From NCBI GenBank assembly GCA_965238005.1, contig OZ250165.1, forward strand, positions 2,336,001 to 2,400,000: a stretch of DNA of 64,000 bases. The letters run 5' to 3'. The DNA is from Longimicrobiales bacterium (GTDB lineage Bacteria > Gemmatimonadota > Gemmatimonadetes > Longimicrobiales > Gaopeijiaceae). This document shows, in pieces, positions 8,599 to 16,887 of this stretch. The notes beneath the pieces were generated by a model. That model was not told where the DNA came from, made no database searches, and saw only the letters and a list, made by a program, of their open reading frames with translations. Position 1 is the stretch's first letter, and each line of letters begins with the position of its first letter. The translations under genes were made by a program, and so were the position numbers.

Positions 8599-9042
8599 TC
8601 ACGCGGCGTCTCCCCTGACCACCCCGAACGCACGTCGCTCCGAATCCGAGGTGGTCATCGGTAGCTCATGAACGCTCTCCTCATTCTCTCTGAGCCAGGT
8701 CCGGATCTCGCCGGCCACGAACACGAGCGAGCCCTCCAGCAGTCGGTGCGGCAATCGGTCCTCTGGTGCACAATTCCCCGTGTGTCGGTAGACCCAGCTC
8801 TTTGATCGACCTAGCGCCTCGCATAGCTCCGTCACACCGAGCCGCGTCTCCGCTGGCATAGTCCAGAGCCGTTCGCGCCAATCGATGGCCAGCGCCGGAG
8901 CTCGTTCTGGCGTGTGATCCTCGACGGACCCTTCTTCATCGTCGTCGGCCAGCCAGGTCCGGATGCTCGATACGGTGAACGTCAGAGACGCGTCTTCCGG
9001 CAATACGTCGATAGCGGCCCGGAGGCGATCCTCGATTCTCAT
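8599..9042 (-). CDS. excisionase/AlpA-like HTH DNA-binding protein
   Basis: 'LGVTELCEALGRSKSWVYR...LPHR..EGSLVF...EI..WL'. Confidence 0.75.
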   Translation of the reverse strand: MRIEDRLRAAIDVLPEDASLTFTVSSIRTWLADDDEEGSVEDHTPERAPALAIDWRERLWTMPAETRLGVTELCEALGRSKSWVYRHTGNCAPEDRLPHRLLEGSLVFVAGEIRTWLRENEESVHELPMTTSDSERRAFGVVRGDAA

Positions 9043-9218
9043 TGCGCGGCCCCACCACCTGGAGGCTTCTTATCCCGATCGAGCTCCAGGATCGGACGAC
9101 CCTCGTCACGTCGCCTGATTCGCTCGCAGACCTCGAGTGTTCGCCGCCAACCACGAGCCAGGCGTCGCGCCTCGACTCCATTATCGGCCTCTGCGGTTTC
9201 TCGCGGACCAATGTTCAC
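9039..9218 (-). CDS. small hypothetical protein (59 aa, below ORF-track cutoff)
   Basis: GTG start overlaps the upstream stop (GTGA) and its TGA overlaps the downstream ATG (ATGA). Confidence 0.55.
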   Translation of the reverse strand: MNIGPRETAEADNGVEARRLARGWRRTLEVCERIRRRDEGRPILELDRDKKPPGGGAAQ

Positions 9219-9418
9219 GCCCGCTCTCCGGCTTGAGCCGTGAGCACGGACGCCTCAACTAGTCTCTGCTGGGCCGCTGCCACCGTGGCGTTGCGAATGA
9301 ACGCTGAAACGGAGCCACCTGACAGCAAGGAGGCGGCCCTCACCCTACGGGCCTGTTCCGGCGTGTACCTAGATGGCAAGACCTCGGAGTGCTGGTAGTT
9401 CGCAGACATTGCTCTCAC
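9215..9418 (-). CDS. small ribbon-helix-helix / DUF1778-like regulator (Cro/Str position)
   Basis: 'RYTPEQARRVRAASLLSGGSVSAFIRNATVAAA'. First gene divergent from the repressor. Confidence 0.6.
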   Translation of the reverse strand: MRAMSANYQHSEVLPSRYTPEQARRVRAASLLSGGSVSAFIRNATVAAAQQRLVEASVLTAQAGERA

Positions 9419-9471
9419 TGTGTTCGGTTTACGTCCTGAGTGTTCGACGCCCGGTATACACGATAACCGCC

Positions 9472-9500
9472 TTGACCGATTGCCGGAAGCCCTGTATTAT
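9472..9500 (+). promoter_or_regulatory. sigma70-type promoter for the repressor
   Basis: TTGACC-17 nt-TATTAT, then GAGGAG before ATG 9548. Confidence 0.6.
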
Positions 9501-9547
9501 ATTCAGACACCACAGCGGATTGGCCCACAAATGAGATTTGAGGAGCT

Positions 9548-10267
9548 ATGACCTTCGGCGAGCGATTACGACGCGAATTGGAAAAACGGAAGATGAGCGT
9601 CAAACGGTTCCAGGAGACGCTGCACGAGAAGAAGGTCCGCGGGTCGGCCTATTCGAGCGTGTGGAGTTGGCTCAATGACGACAAGAATCCGCCTCTTGAG
9701 TTCATCCGCGCAGCCGCCAAACTCCTTGGGGTACGGGAGCAATGGCTCGAAACTGGTGATGGCCCCCGCACAGAACTCGAGGCGAAGACTATTGAGGCCG
9801 CAGCCCCAGAGGAAGACACATTTAGAGCAGCTTTTCAGGCCCTGGGTCGAGCCGAGAAGCGAATGCGAGCCCCATTCCGTATCAGCGATCTGAACATGCT
9901 TAACCACGGGATCTGGGTCCAGCTTGCGATTCGCCTTCTCGAGCAAGGGCCAGATCGTCAATTCGAGGACCACAACGAAGACCAAATGCTCCACGCCCTC
10001 GAGCCGTTTGCGTGGTTACTCGCGCTCCCGTGGATAGCGGTGCGACACATGAATCGAGTGGACCCGACCGCCGATCCCATGCCGCAGGACATTGTCAACA
10101 CCTACTTCATGGGGATGTACCAGGCGCTCAATGTGGCGATGCCGCAGCCTGGGGAGGGCGACACCGAAGCTTCGATCAGGTTTCTTCATTTCTTCAAAGA
10201 CGCCCTCACTGAAAGTCTCTGGGCAGAACAGAAGAGGGCGGACGAAGGTGGGGGCGACGACGCATGA
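9548..10267 (+). CDS. XRE/CI-like repressor
   Basis: 'MTFGERLRRELEKRKMS...SVWSWLN...NPPLEFIRAAAKLLGVREQWLETGDGP'. No S24 peptidase motif recognised. Confidence 0.85.
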   Translation: MTFGERLRRELEKRKMSVKRFQETLHEKKVRGSAYSSVWSWLNDDKNPPLEFIRAAAKLLGVREQWLETGDGPRTELEAKTIEAAAPEEDTFRAAFQALGRAEKRMRAPFRISDLNMLNHGIWVQLAIRLLEQGPDRQFEDHNEDQMLHALEPFAWLLALPWIAVRHMNRVDPTADPMPQDIVNTYFMGMYQALNVAMPQPGEGDTEASIRFLHFFKDALTESLWAEQKRADEGGGDDA

Positions 10268-10360
10268 TCCAACCGAGCGGTCGCCGCACCTTCGTCCTGT
10301 CCCGCAGCGTCGAGTACTTCGGAACGAAAGCCCATGGAACCCCCGAAGGAGGAGAGGTAG

Positions 10361-11224
10361 ATGTTCTCGTTTAGCCCATCCTTAGCGTGCGTGGATGTGG
10401 TGGTGGTGCCGACCCGTTTGCGACCGCTGGATCAGGACAAGGTACGAGCCCTCGCGGAATCCATCGACGCCATTGGCCTACAACATCCCATCTCGGTCTA
10501 CTACGACGACGACAACGTTGTCCTAGTCGCTGGGCGTCATCGCTTGGCTGCTGCCCAAAGCCTCGAGTGGGACGATATCCCGGCCATCTTCCTCCAACTC
10601 GACGACATCGACCGTCGGTTGTGGGAGATCGACGAGAACCTGCAGCGCGCCAACCTCACGCCCGCCCAGGAAGCCGACCACCTGAAGCGGCGGGCTGAGT
10701 TGTGGGGGGCACGAGAGGTTTCGGCCCAAATTGGTTCGAAACCCCACGGGGGTAGGCCCGCTGGCTTCGCATCAGAGACAGCCGCCTCCACGGGCAAAAG
10801 CAAGACGACCATTAACCGCGCCAAACGCCGAGCCGAGAAGATCGCACCAGACGTACTCGGAGCCGTCCAGGGCACAGAACTCGACAAGGGTGTGGAGTTG
10901 GACGCGCTGGCCAAGATGGAACCCGAGGAACAGCGTAAGGCGGTGGCCGCAGTAGAGGCAGGCGATACGGACACGGTACGCGAGAAGCCTACCAAGGCGG
11001 AGCGGGAGCGCATACAGACCTTCGAGCAGAGCATCGGGGGGATTTGCGGCTTTGGGAGGGGTGTCATAAGGCTGTACATACCCTATCTCACAGACGAAGA
11101 ACGCCAACGCCTGGATTCTGAATTGCACGCTGCGGTACGTGGCATCCACGCCCTACGGAAACGCATAAGGAAGGGTGAGGGGGGCTCGCTCGACAGACGA
11201 GCGGGGGGACGCTCTGGATGGTGA
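10361..11224 (+). CDS. ParB N-terminal domain protein
   Basis: 'LAESIDAIGLQHPI.V', 'LVAGRHRLAA', 'EIDENLQRANL', followed by an HTH-like segment. Confidence 0.85.
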   Translation: MFSFSPSLACVDVVVVPTRLRPLDQDKVRALAESIDAIGLQHPISVYYDDDNVVLVAGRHRLAAAQSLEWDDIPAIFLQLDDIDRRLWEIDENLQRANLTPAQEADHLKRRAELWGAREVSAQIGSKPHGGRPAGFASETAASTGKSKTTINRAKRRAEKIAPDVLGAVQGTELDKGVELDALAKMEPEEQRKAVAAVEAGDTDTVREKPTKAERERIQTFEQSIGGICGFGRGVIRLYIPYLTDEERQRLDSELHAAVRGIHALRKRIRKGEGGSLDRRAGGRSGW

Positions 11225-11430
11225 CACGGCCCTTCAGATCGCCCGGCAGTTTTGGGAGGTGCGTGGGATTCTGAACGGACTTTTCGGATCAAGGCCGGAG
11301 ATCGAGCCGAGCGAAGACGAACTCATGCTGGAGGCTGGATCACCTCGAAGAGAACCCGTCCGACACTTGGGAAGAGGCGGTTGCGGCAGTCATGGAAGAT
11401 ACCGAGACAGAAGAATAGAGGAGAGCAATC

Positions 11431-12633
11431 ATGGCACGCAGAAAGAACTATCCGGGCTCGATCCGCGATCGCGGCGATTACTTCCAGGTCCGGCTTTGCG
11501 TCACAAGAGCCGAGGGGGAATCTAAGCGTTACACGTTCCGGGTGGACACCATTGATATGGCGGAGGCGGAGGCGTTCGCGAGAACGAGTACGACGAGCTC
11601 CTCAAGGGTCCCGCCGAGGCCAAGGTCGATGGTGAGCGCCCTGACGACCCTCGGGGGGAGCCGTTCTCATCGCTCCTGCGGCAATTCGAGGCGACTGAGC
11701 TACCCCAGCGGGCCGTCAACACGCAGAAGACGTACACGGTGTCTATGGATGCGCTGAGGCGCTTCTTCGTAGTCGAGAACGGGGACCCTGAAGTGCAGTC
11801 CATCGGCCGGGGGCAGATCCAAGCGTTCCTACATTGGCGGCGTCACCACAAGCCGGACGGCATCGAGAGGAAGACACCTGTCTCGGGTCGCACGCTCGAG
11901 AAGGATCGGGCGATGGCGCACAACCTCTTCGCGTTCGCCGAAAGCCTCGAACTCGTGGGCGTGAACCCGGTCGCCAAGGTGAAGCCTCCGAAGTACGACA
12001 AGCGCGAGTACATCATCCTCAAGGACGATGAGTACGAGAGCCTACTCACCGCCACCGAGGCCAACCCGTTCCTCCGGCTGTACGTCCTCGTGCTGGGTGA
12101 GACCGGGATGCGGTGTGAGTCCGAGGCGCTGTGGCTCCGCTGGGTCGATCTCGACCTCGAGGCTGGATTCGCCTGGATCGCATCGGGCCGCGAGCACCGG
12201 ACGAAGAGCGGGAAAGGTCGGTGGGTGCCGATCACCCCGCGCCTCCGGCAGGCACTCGGTGAGCACTCCGCCAGCTACCGTCTCCAGACCTACGCCGGCC
12301 AGCGGTCGCCGTGGGTCTTCCATCACCCCTACCGTCGTCGTCGGGCAGAGGCTGGGCAACGCATCGGATCACTGCGCCGAGCCTTCGACAACGCCGTGAC
12401 ACGGGCCAAGCTGCCCGCGGGCTTCAACCCAGCATGACCTCCGCCACCGGCGCCTCACCACATGGCTGGCAGAGGGCAAGAGCGCGGTCCTGGTGAGGGA
12501 GGCGATGGGCCACGCCGATCTCAGGACCACGATGGGCTATACGCATCTGGCTCGGGAGCACCTCCGTGCACTCGTGGAGGTGGCGGACGGGTGCTCCGCT
12601 CCCGCCGAGCGGTTGCAGGGTTTGGTCTCGTAA
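11431..12633 (+). pseudogene. int: tyrosine integrase with two frameshifts
   Basis: 'TGMRCESE', 'TKSGK', and after the shift 'HDLRH...MGHADLRTTMGYTH'. Shifts near 11582 and 12430. The full span equals 400 codons plus stop. Confidence 0.9.
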
Positions 12634-12653
12634 ACCCGAGCCCAACCAGACGA

Positions 12654-12690
12654 AAAGAAGGGCTCCGGCAACGCGCTGGAGCCCTTCTTT
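12654..12690. terminator. bidirectional-type hairpin downstream of the integrase
   Basis: AAAGAAGGGCTCC...GGAGCCCTTCTTT, 13-bp perfect arms. Confidence 0.7.
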
Positions 12691-12729
12691 GGGTAATTAT
12701 GCACTTGACACAATCCTGTGTGGGTGTTA

Positions 12730-12888
12730 CTATTCATGTATGGACTTCGTAACGCCTTTCCTGCCAGCGGTTTCAGCCACTCGGTCGAGCTCTTTTTTCA
12801 GCCGTTTGCCAAACACCTTCTCAGCTAGCTTCACGTCATCCATATCTACCTTCGTAAGCTTCTGCTTTTTCTTAGGAGTCTGATTCAT
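12730..12888 (-). CDS. small basic protein (52 aa) inside the IS1595 left end, divergent from the transposase
   Basis: MNQTPKKKQKL...AEKVFGKRLKKELDRVAE. GGGAG 9 nt upstream. Its ATG overlaps the transposase ATG (CATG). Confidence 0.45.
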   Translation of the reverse strand: MNQTPKKKQKLTKVDMDDVKLAEKVFGKRLKKELDRVAETAGRKGVTKSIHE

Positions 12889-13771
12889 GGACATCGTCTC
12901 CCTACTGGATCGTTTCGCTAACGAGGACACCTGCCGGAAGCACCTGGAGGCTCTGCGTTGGCCCAGTGGTGTCGCGTGCACCCGGTGCGGCGATATGGAC
13001 GTGAGCCCGATCAAAGGCAGGGGCCAGTGGCACTGCATCGGATGCGGCTACCACTTCAGCGTGAAGTCCGGCACGATCATGCACGACTCGCACCTGCCGC
13101 TCCGGAAGTGGTTCGCCGCAATCTACCTGCTCTGCCAGTCCAAGAAAGGCATGAGCGCCCACCAGTTGCACCGGACAATCGGCGTGGCCTACAGGACGGC
13201 CTGGTACCTCTGCCACCGCATCCGCGAGGCGATGGGCAACGACCCGTTCACCGGCCCTACGCTCTTCGGCATCGTCGAAGTTGACGAGACCTTGGTGGGC
13301 GGAAAGACCAGGGGCAAGGGTCCCGCCTACAAGGGCAACAAGACCTGGGTGGCCGGGGCCATCCAACGCGGCGGTCAGGTACGCCTTGAGCGCATCCCCA
13401 ACATCCGGAAGCACACCCTTCATGACTTCATCGCCCGCACCGTCAGAGACGAGGCCGAGGCAATCTACACCGATGAACTCAAGTCCTACCTCGGGATCGC
13501 TGACGACGACACCCGCCATGAGACCGTCAGGCACTCCGAAGAGGAATGGGTCCTGGGCGACGTCCACACCAACGGCATTGAAGGCGTCTGGAGCCTCTTC
13601 AAGCGCTCTATCGTAGGATCGTTCCACAAGATCAGCGCCAAGCACATGGACCGCTATTTGGAAGAACTGGAATGGCGCTATAACAACCGCGACAACCCCA
13701 ACATCTTCCGCGACACCCTCCGGCGCATCGTGAACACCGACCCGCTCACCTACCGCGAGCTGGTGGCCTAG
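12887..13771 (+). CDS. IS1595 (ISXO2-like) transposase
   Basis: Zn ribbon CTRC...CIGC, 'VEVDETLVGG', 'IYTDE', 'HTNGIEGVWSLFKR', 'YLEELEWRYNNR'. Confidence 0.95.
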   Translation: MDIVSLLDRFANEDTCRKHLEALRWPSGVACTRCGDMDVSPIKGRGQWHCIGCGYHFSVKSGTIMHDSHLPLRKWFAAIYLLCQSKKGMSAHQLHRTIGVAYRTAWYLCHRIREAMGNDPFTGPTLFGIVEVDETLVGGKTRGKGPAYKGNKTWVAGAIQRGGQVRLERIPNIRKHTLHDFIARTVRDEAEAIYTDELKSYLGIADDDTRHETVRHSEEEWVLGDVHTNGIEGVWSLFKRSIVGSFHKISAKHMDRYLEELEWRYNNRDNPNIFRDTLRRIVNTDPLTYRELVA

Positions 13772-13849
13772 GTGGCCGCCCCCAATTGGAAGCCTAAGAC
13801 GATTTGGCGACCGGGGCATGGAGTACCTGAAAGCCAAGCTCCAACTCAC

Positions 13850-14455
13850 TTAGTTCACGGAACCCGCAAGAGTTTCCCACAGCTTTTTCATCCAGTTCTT
13901 GATCCGCACAGGCCGCCGGGCTCTCGTGAGGGTGACTGTAGGCTCTAGAATAGAAACCGACCATTCGGCCGAACCGGCGTCGGCGGACAAGGGAGGCAGG
14001 GTTATAGCCCTGGCAGCCGCGAGCCTCTTTGTCTCTGCCATCGATTGAATCACCGGAAACCAGTTGCGCAACACATCTACGTCCATTTGGGGGCACGGGA
14101 CATCAAGTGATCCTAGCTTGTGCATTATCACCAGAATTTCCGCCCTAGTCTTACCGGTGAAATCTAGGCTCCCACCGTCCCAGGATGCAGTATCGCCCTC
14201 CATGAATGAAGCGTGAGCAGCTTTGATTTCAGTGGTCAAATCGTGAAATCGATTTGCTGACCTAAGGCGGCGTATCCATGGCCAGTTGATGATAGCTAGC
14301 AAGCCGGTGAACAACGTGAACAGCGCCGCGTAATCTGACCCCACCAAATTCACCGGCACGGTAAGCCCCACTGGCCAGAGCCATCTAGAGAGCGCCCACA
14401 CGTCGCCGCAGAGAAAAGCCAGGTTCCAGTAGATCTTTGTTCTTTTCCATAGCAT
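13850..14455 (-). CDS. IS1595 passenger: hypothetical protein with two N-terminal hydrophobic segments
   Basis: 201-aa ORF between transposase and right TIR, visibly more AT-rich than flanking genes. Confidence 0.65.
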   Translation of the reverse strand: MLWKRTKIYWNLAFLCGDVWALSRWLWPVGLTVPVNLVGSDYAALFTLFTGLLAIINWPWIRRLRSANRFHDLTTEIKAAHASFMEGDTASWDGGSLDFTGKTRAEILVIMHKLGSLDVPCPQMDVDVLRNWFPVIQSMAETKRLAAARAITLPPLSADAGSAEWSVSILEPTVTLTRARRPVRIKNWMKKLWETLAGSVN

Positions 14456-14559
14456 CCCCCCATGCTACGGCCCGCCGGCGATTGCGTCAAGTGCAGAATC
14501 ACCCTTCTTTGTGGCCACGGCCACATTTCGGCCGATGTGTAAAACCGCCGAAACCCTAG

Positions 14560-14631
14560 AGGCGCCGCCCGGATTCGAACCGGGGAATAAAGGCTTTGCA
14601 GGCCTCTGCCTTACCGCTTGGCTACGGCGCC
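14560..14631 (-). tRNA. tRNA-Cys(GCA)
   Basis: GGCGCCGTAGCCAAGCGGTAAGGC...CTGCAAA...GGTTCGAATCC...CGGCGCCT. CCA not encoded. Confidence 0.96.
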
Positions 14632-14682
14632 TGAAGCGAAAAGGGACCGAACGTCCGGTGGACGGCGAGCCCCTTTTCCGAG

Positions 14683-14755
<73 letters not shown>

Positions 14756-14829
14756 ATGGAAAAAGGCGCTTTGGGCTACCCGCGCACGCGGAAATCGTTT
14801 CCAAAGCACCCCCCTTATTTGCGCGCTGG

Positions 14830-14858
14830 AAGCTAGACAGGGCCTCAAAAAGTGTCAA
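14830..14858 (-). promoter_or_regulatory. sigma70 promoter of the tRNA pair
   Basis: TTGACA-17 nt-TAGCTT on the minus strand. Confidence 0.6.
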
Positions 14859-15016
14859 GTTCCCAGTAGACAATTTCCCCATTATGTTACCAGCCGTGTC
14901 CGGGCCCCCGGGGCCGTTCAGCGACAGAAGTTCCACTACATCGAGGAGCGCTTGCGCCGCATGAGGGTGACTGTCGTACGCGGCCCACCAGAAAGCTCGG
15001 ACGGGGTCGGAAGAGG

Positions 15017-16615
15017 ATGATCTTCGGTGCTCTCTGCCTCCCGATATTCTTGGCGCTCCACATGGTCCTTTCTCCGGCCCTCGGCTCCGCTCTTGTCGCA
15101 GCGCAGGAAGTCTCCGGACCCCTCATCCCACCCGGTCGCCTCCGCATCGAGGTCAGTACGCTCTACCTCTACGCCGACACGAGGTTCGGGGAGCGGACGG
15201 AGGGCGGGAACCTCATCCAAGAAGAGGAGCCGATCGGCTTCGACTTCTCGGACACGGCGGTGGGCACGAGGCTACTTCCCGGACTGGAAGCCCTCGAGCG
15301 AAACCTCGAGACGGCAACAGGCGGGCCTGTCGCGCCGCTGGTGCTCGGATCGACCAGGGCAGTGGTGACGCGGGACGCCGTGTGGCTTCCAATCCGTGTG
15401 GATGTCGGGGTGTTCGACTGGCTCAGCGTCGGCGGCATGGTCCCCTTCTCCCGCCGGCGGGCGGAGGTGGCCTGGACATTCCGCGGAGACGGAGCCAACG
15501 TGGGGCTCACACCCTCCCTCAGCGATCCGAGCGCCGTGGGAGACTTCCTGGGTGGCCTCGCTGTCGCCGAGGCGGCCGTCACGGCTCTCGCCGATGACCT
15601 GTGCTCGGCGGACCCGGCTGCATCGGGCTGCATCGTTGCCTCTTCGCTTCTCGCGGAGGGCCAGAAGTTTCGGCGGGCGCTCCTCGGCGCTTTTGCGTCC
15701 CAGGGCGTCTTCCCCCTGGACGGTACCGCCACGGGCGATGCCCTTCAGTCCCGAGTCCAGGCCCTCACGGACGCTCATCAGGCGCTGGGCGTCTCCTTTC
15801 CGGCCCGCGTCCCCCTGGCGACGCAACTCCTCACCGAGGATGAGTACGGAAGGCTTGTGACGGACCCGGGATACGGGGTGGTTGGCGCGCCGTTCGCCTC
15901 GTGGCGCAGTATGTGGGAGATGGGCGACGTGGAGCTTTACGCCAACGTGCGGCTCTGGGGCTCTCCGCCGGGCGGCGAGACAGACGAGCCGCCTTCGGGC
16001 CCCAGCTACCAGGTCGGCGCGGGAGCCCTCGTTCGCCTTGGCACGGGGCAGACCGACTCCCCCGACAACTTCGTGGACACGGGGAGCGGCGACGGCCAGC
16101 AGGACCTGGAGGTGAGCTTGTTCGGTGGTTTGAACGGGGGCCGGCTGGGACTCTGGGGAGAGGTCCGGTACGGACTGGCCGCCTCGACCTTCGTGCAGCG
16201 CCGCATCGCCGCCCCGGACCGGATCTTCGCGCCCCTCTCGGCGACCCAGGCCGTCCGCTGGACCCCCGGCAACTACTTTCACCTCCGCCTGACCCCGCGC
16301 TTCCAACTCACCGAGGAGATGGCCGTCGCCTTCGACGTCCGAACCTTCTCCAAGGGAGCAGACACTTACGAATCCCTCGTCGCCGACGAAGCTGTGCCCT
16401 CGCCCCTGGATGTCGCGCTCCTCGAGCTCGAGACCGAACAGAGCATGCTCGAGGTCGGAATCGGCGTCGTCTACTCCACGTTACGGAGTGGTCGAGGTCG
16501 CCCCATGGAGGCCCGATTCCTGTTTCGCAGGGGCGTGTCGGGTAGCGGAGGGCTCACGCCCAAGACGGAGCGCATCGAGTTCGGACTGCGGCTCTTCAGG
16601 GGCATTTGGAACTAG
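15017..16615 (+). CDS. hypothetical exported protein, possibly an outer-membrane beta-barrel
   Basis: Signal-peptide-like N-terminus, alternating hydrophobic strands, aromatic C-terminus. No family recognised. Confidence 0.7.
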   Translation: MIFGALCLPIFLALHMVLSPALGSALVAAQEVSGPLIPPGRLRIEVSTLYLYADTRFGERTEGGNLIQEEEPIGFDFSDTAVGTRLLPGLEALERNLETATGGPVAPLVLGSTRAVVTRDAVWLPIRVDVGVFDWLSVGGMVPFSRRRAEVAWTFRGDGANVGLTPSLSDPSAVGDFLGGLAVAEAAVTALADDLCSADPAASGCIVASSLLAEGQKFRRALLGAFASQGVFPLDGTATGDALQSRVQALTDAHQALGVSFPARVPLATQLLTEDEYGRLVTDPGYGVVGAPFASWRSMWEMGDVELYANVRLWGSPPGGETDEPPSGPSYQVGAGALVRLGTGQTDSPDNFVDTGSGDGQQDLEVSLFGGLNGGRLGLWGEVRYGLAASTFVQRRIAAPDRIFAPLSATQAVRWTPGNYFHLRLTPRFQLTEEMAVAFDVRTFSKGADTYESLVADEAVPSPLDVALLELETEQSMLEVGIGVVYSTLRSGRGRPMEARFLFRRGVSGSGGLTPKTERIEFGLRLFRGIWN

Positions 16616-16887
16616 TGTGGTGTCCCAGAAGTTCGCGAGCCACCGAGAGTGCCAAGGCGCCGGATCCGGGGTACTCGCGCCGTTAGGCGTGGGTCAGGCG
16701 CGACGACGAGGAATAGCAACGCGGGCAACGCGGCCGAAGGCCGTGGTCCGAGAAGGAGGAACGCCGCAGGGCCGGATGCATCGGTGCTCGAGCCGAGCGA
16801 CCTTCATGCTCATCGTGAGCGCCGAGTTGACCGCGAGACGATCGAGCGCAGCGAGATCAATGGCCGAGACACTTCTGGGACACCATA
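16616..16887. mobile_element. MITE with CTAG duplication
   Basis: TIR TGTGGTGTCCCAGAAGT / ACTTCTGGGACACCATA (16/17 match). CTAG at 16612-16615 and 16888-16891. Confidence 0.85.

Larger units (their letters stand above)
12692..14503 (+). mobile_element. IS1595-family element carrying a passenger gene
   Basis: TIRs GGTAATTATGCACTTGAC / GTCAAGTGCAGAATCACC. 8-bp duplication CTTCTTTG at 12684-12691 and 14504-14511. Confidence 0.93.
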
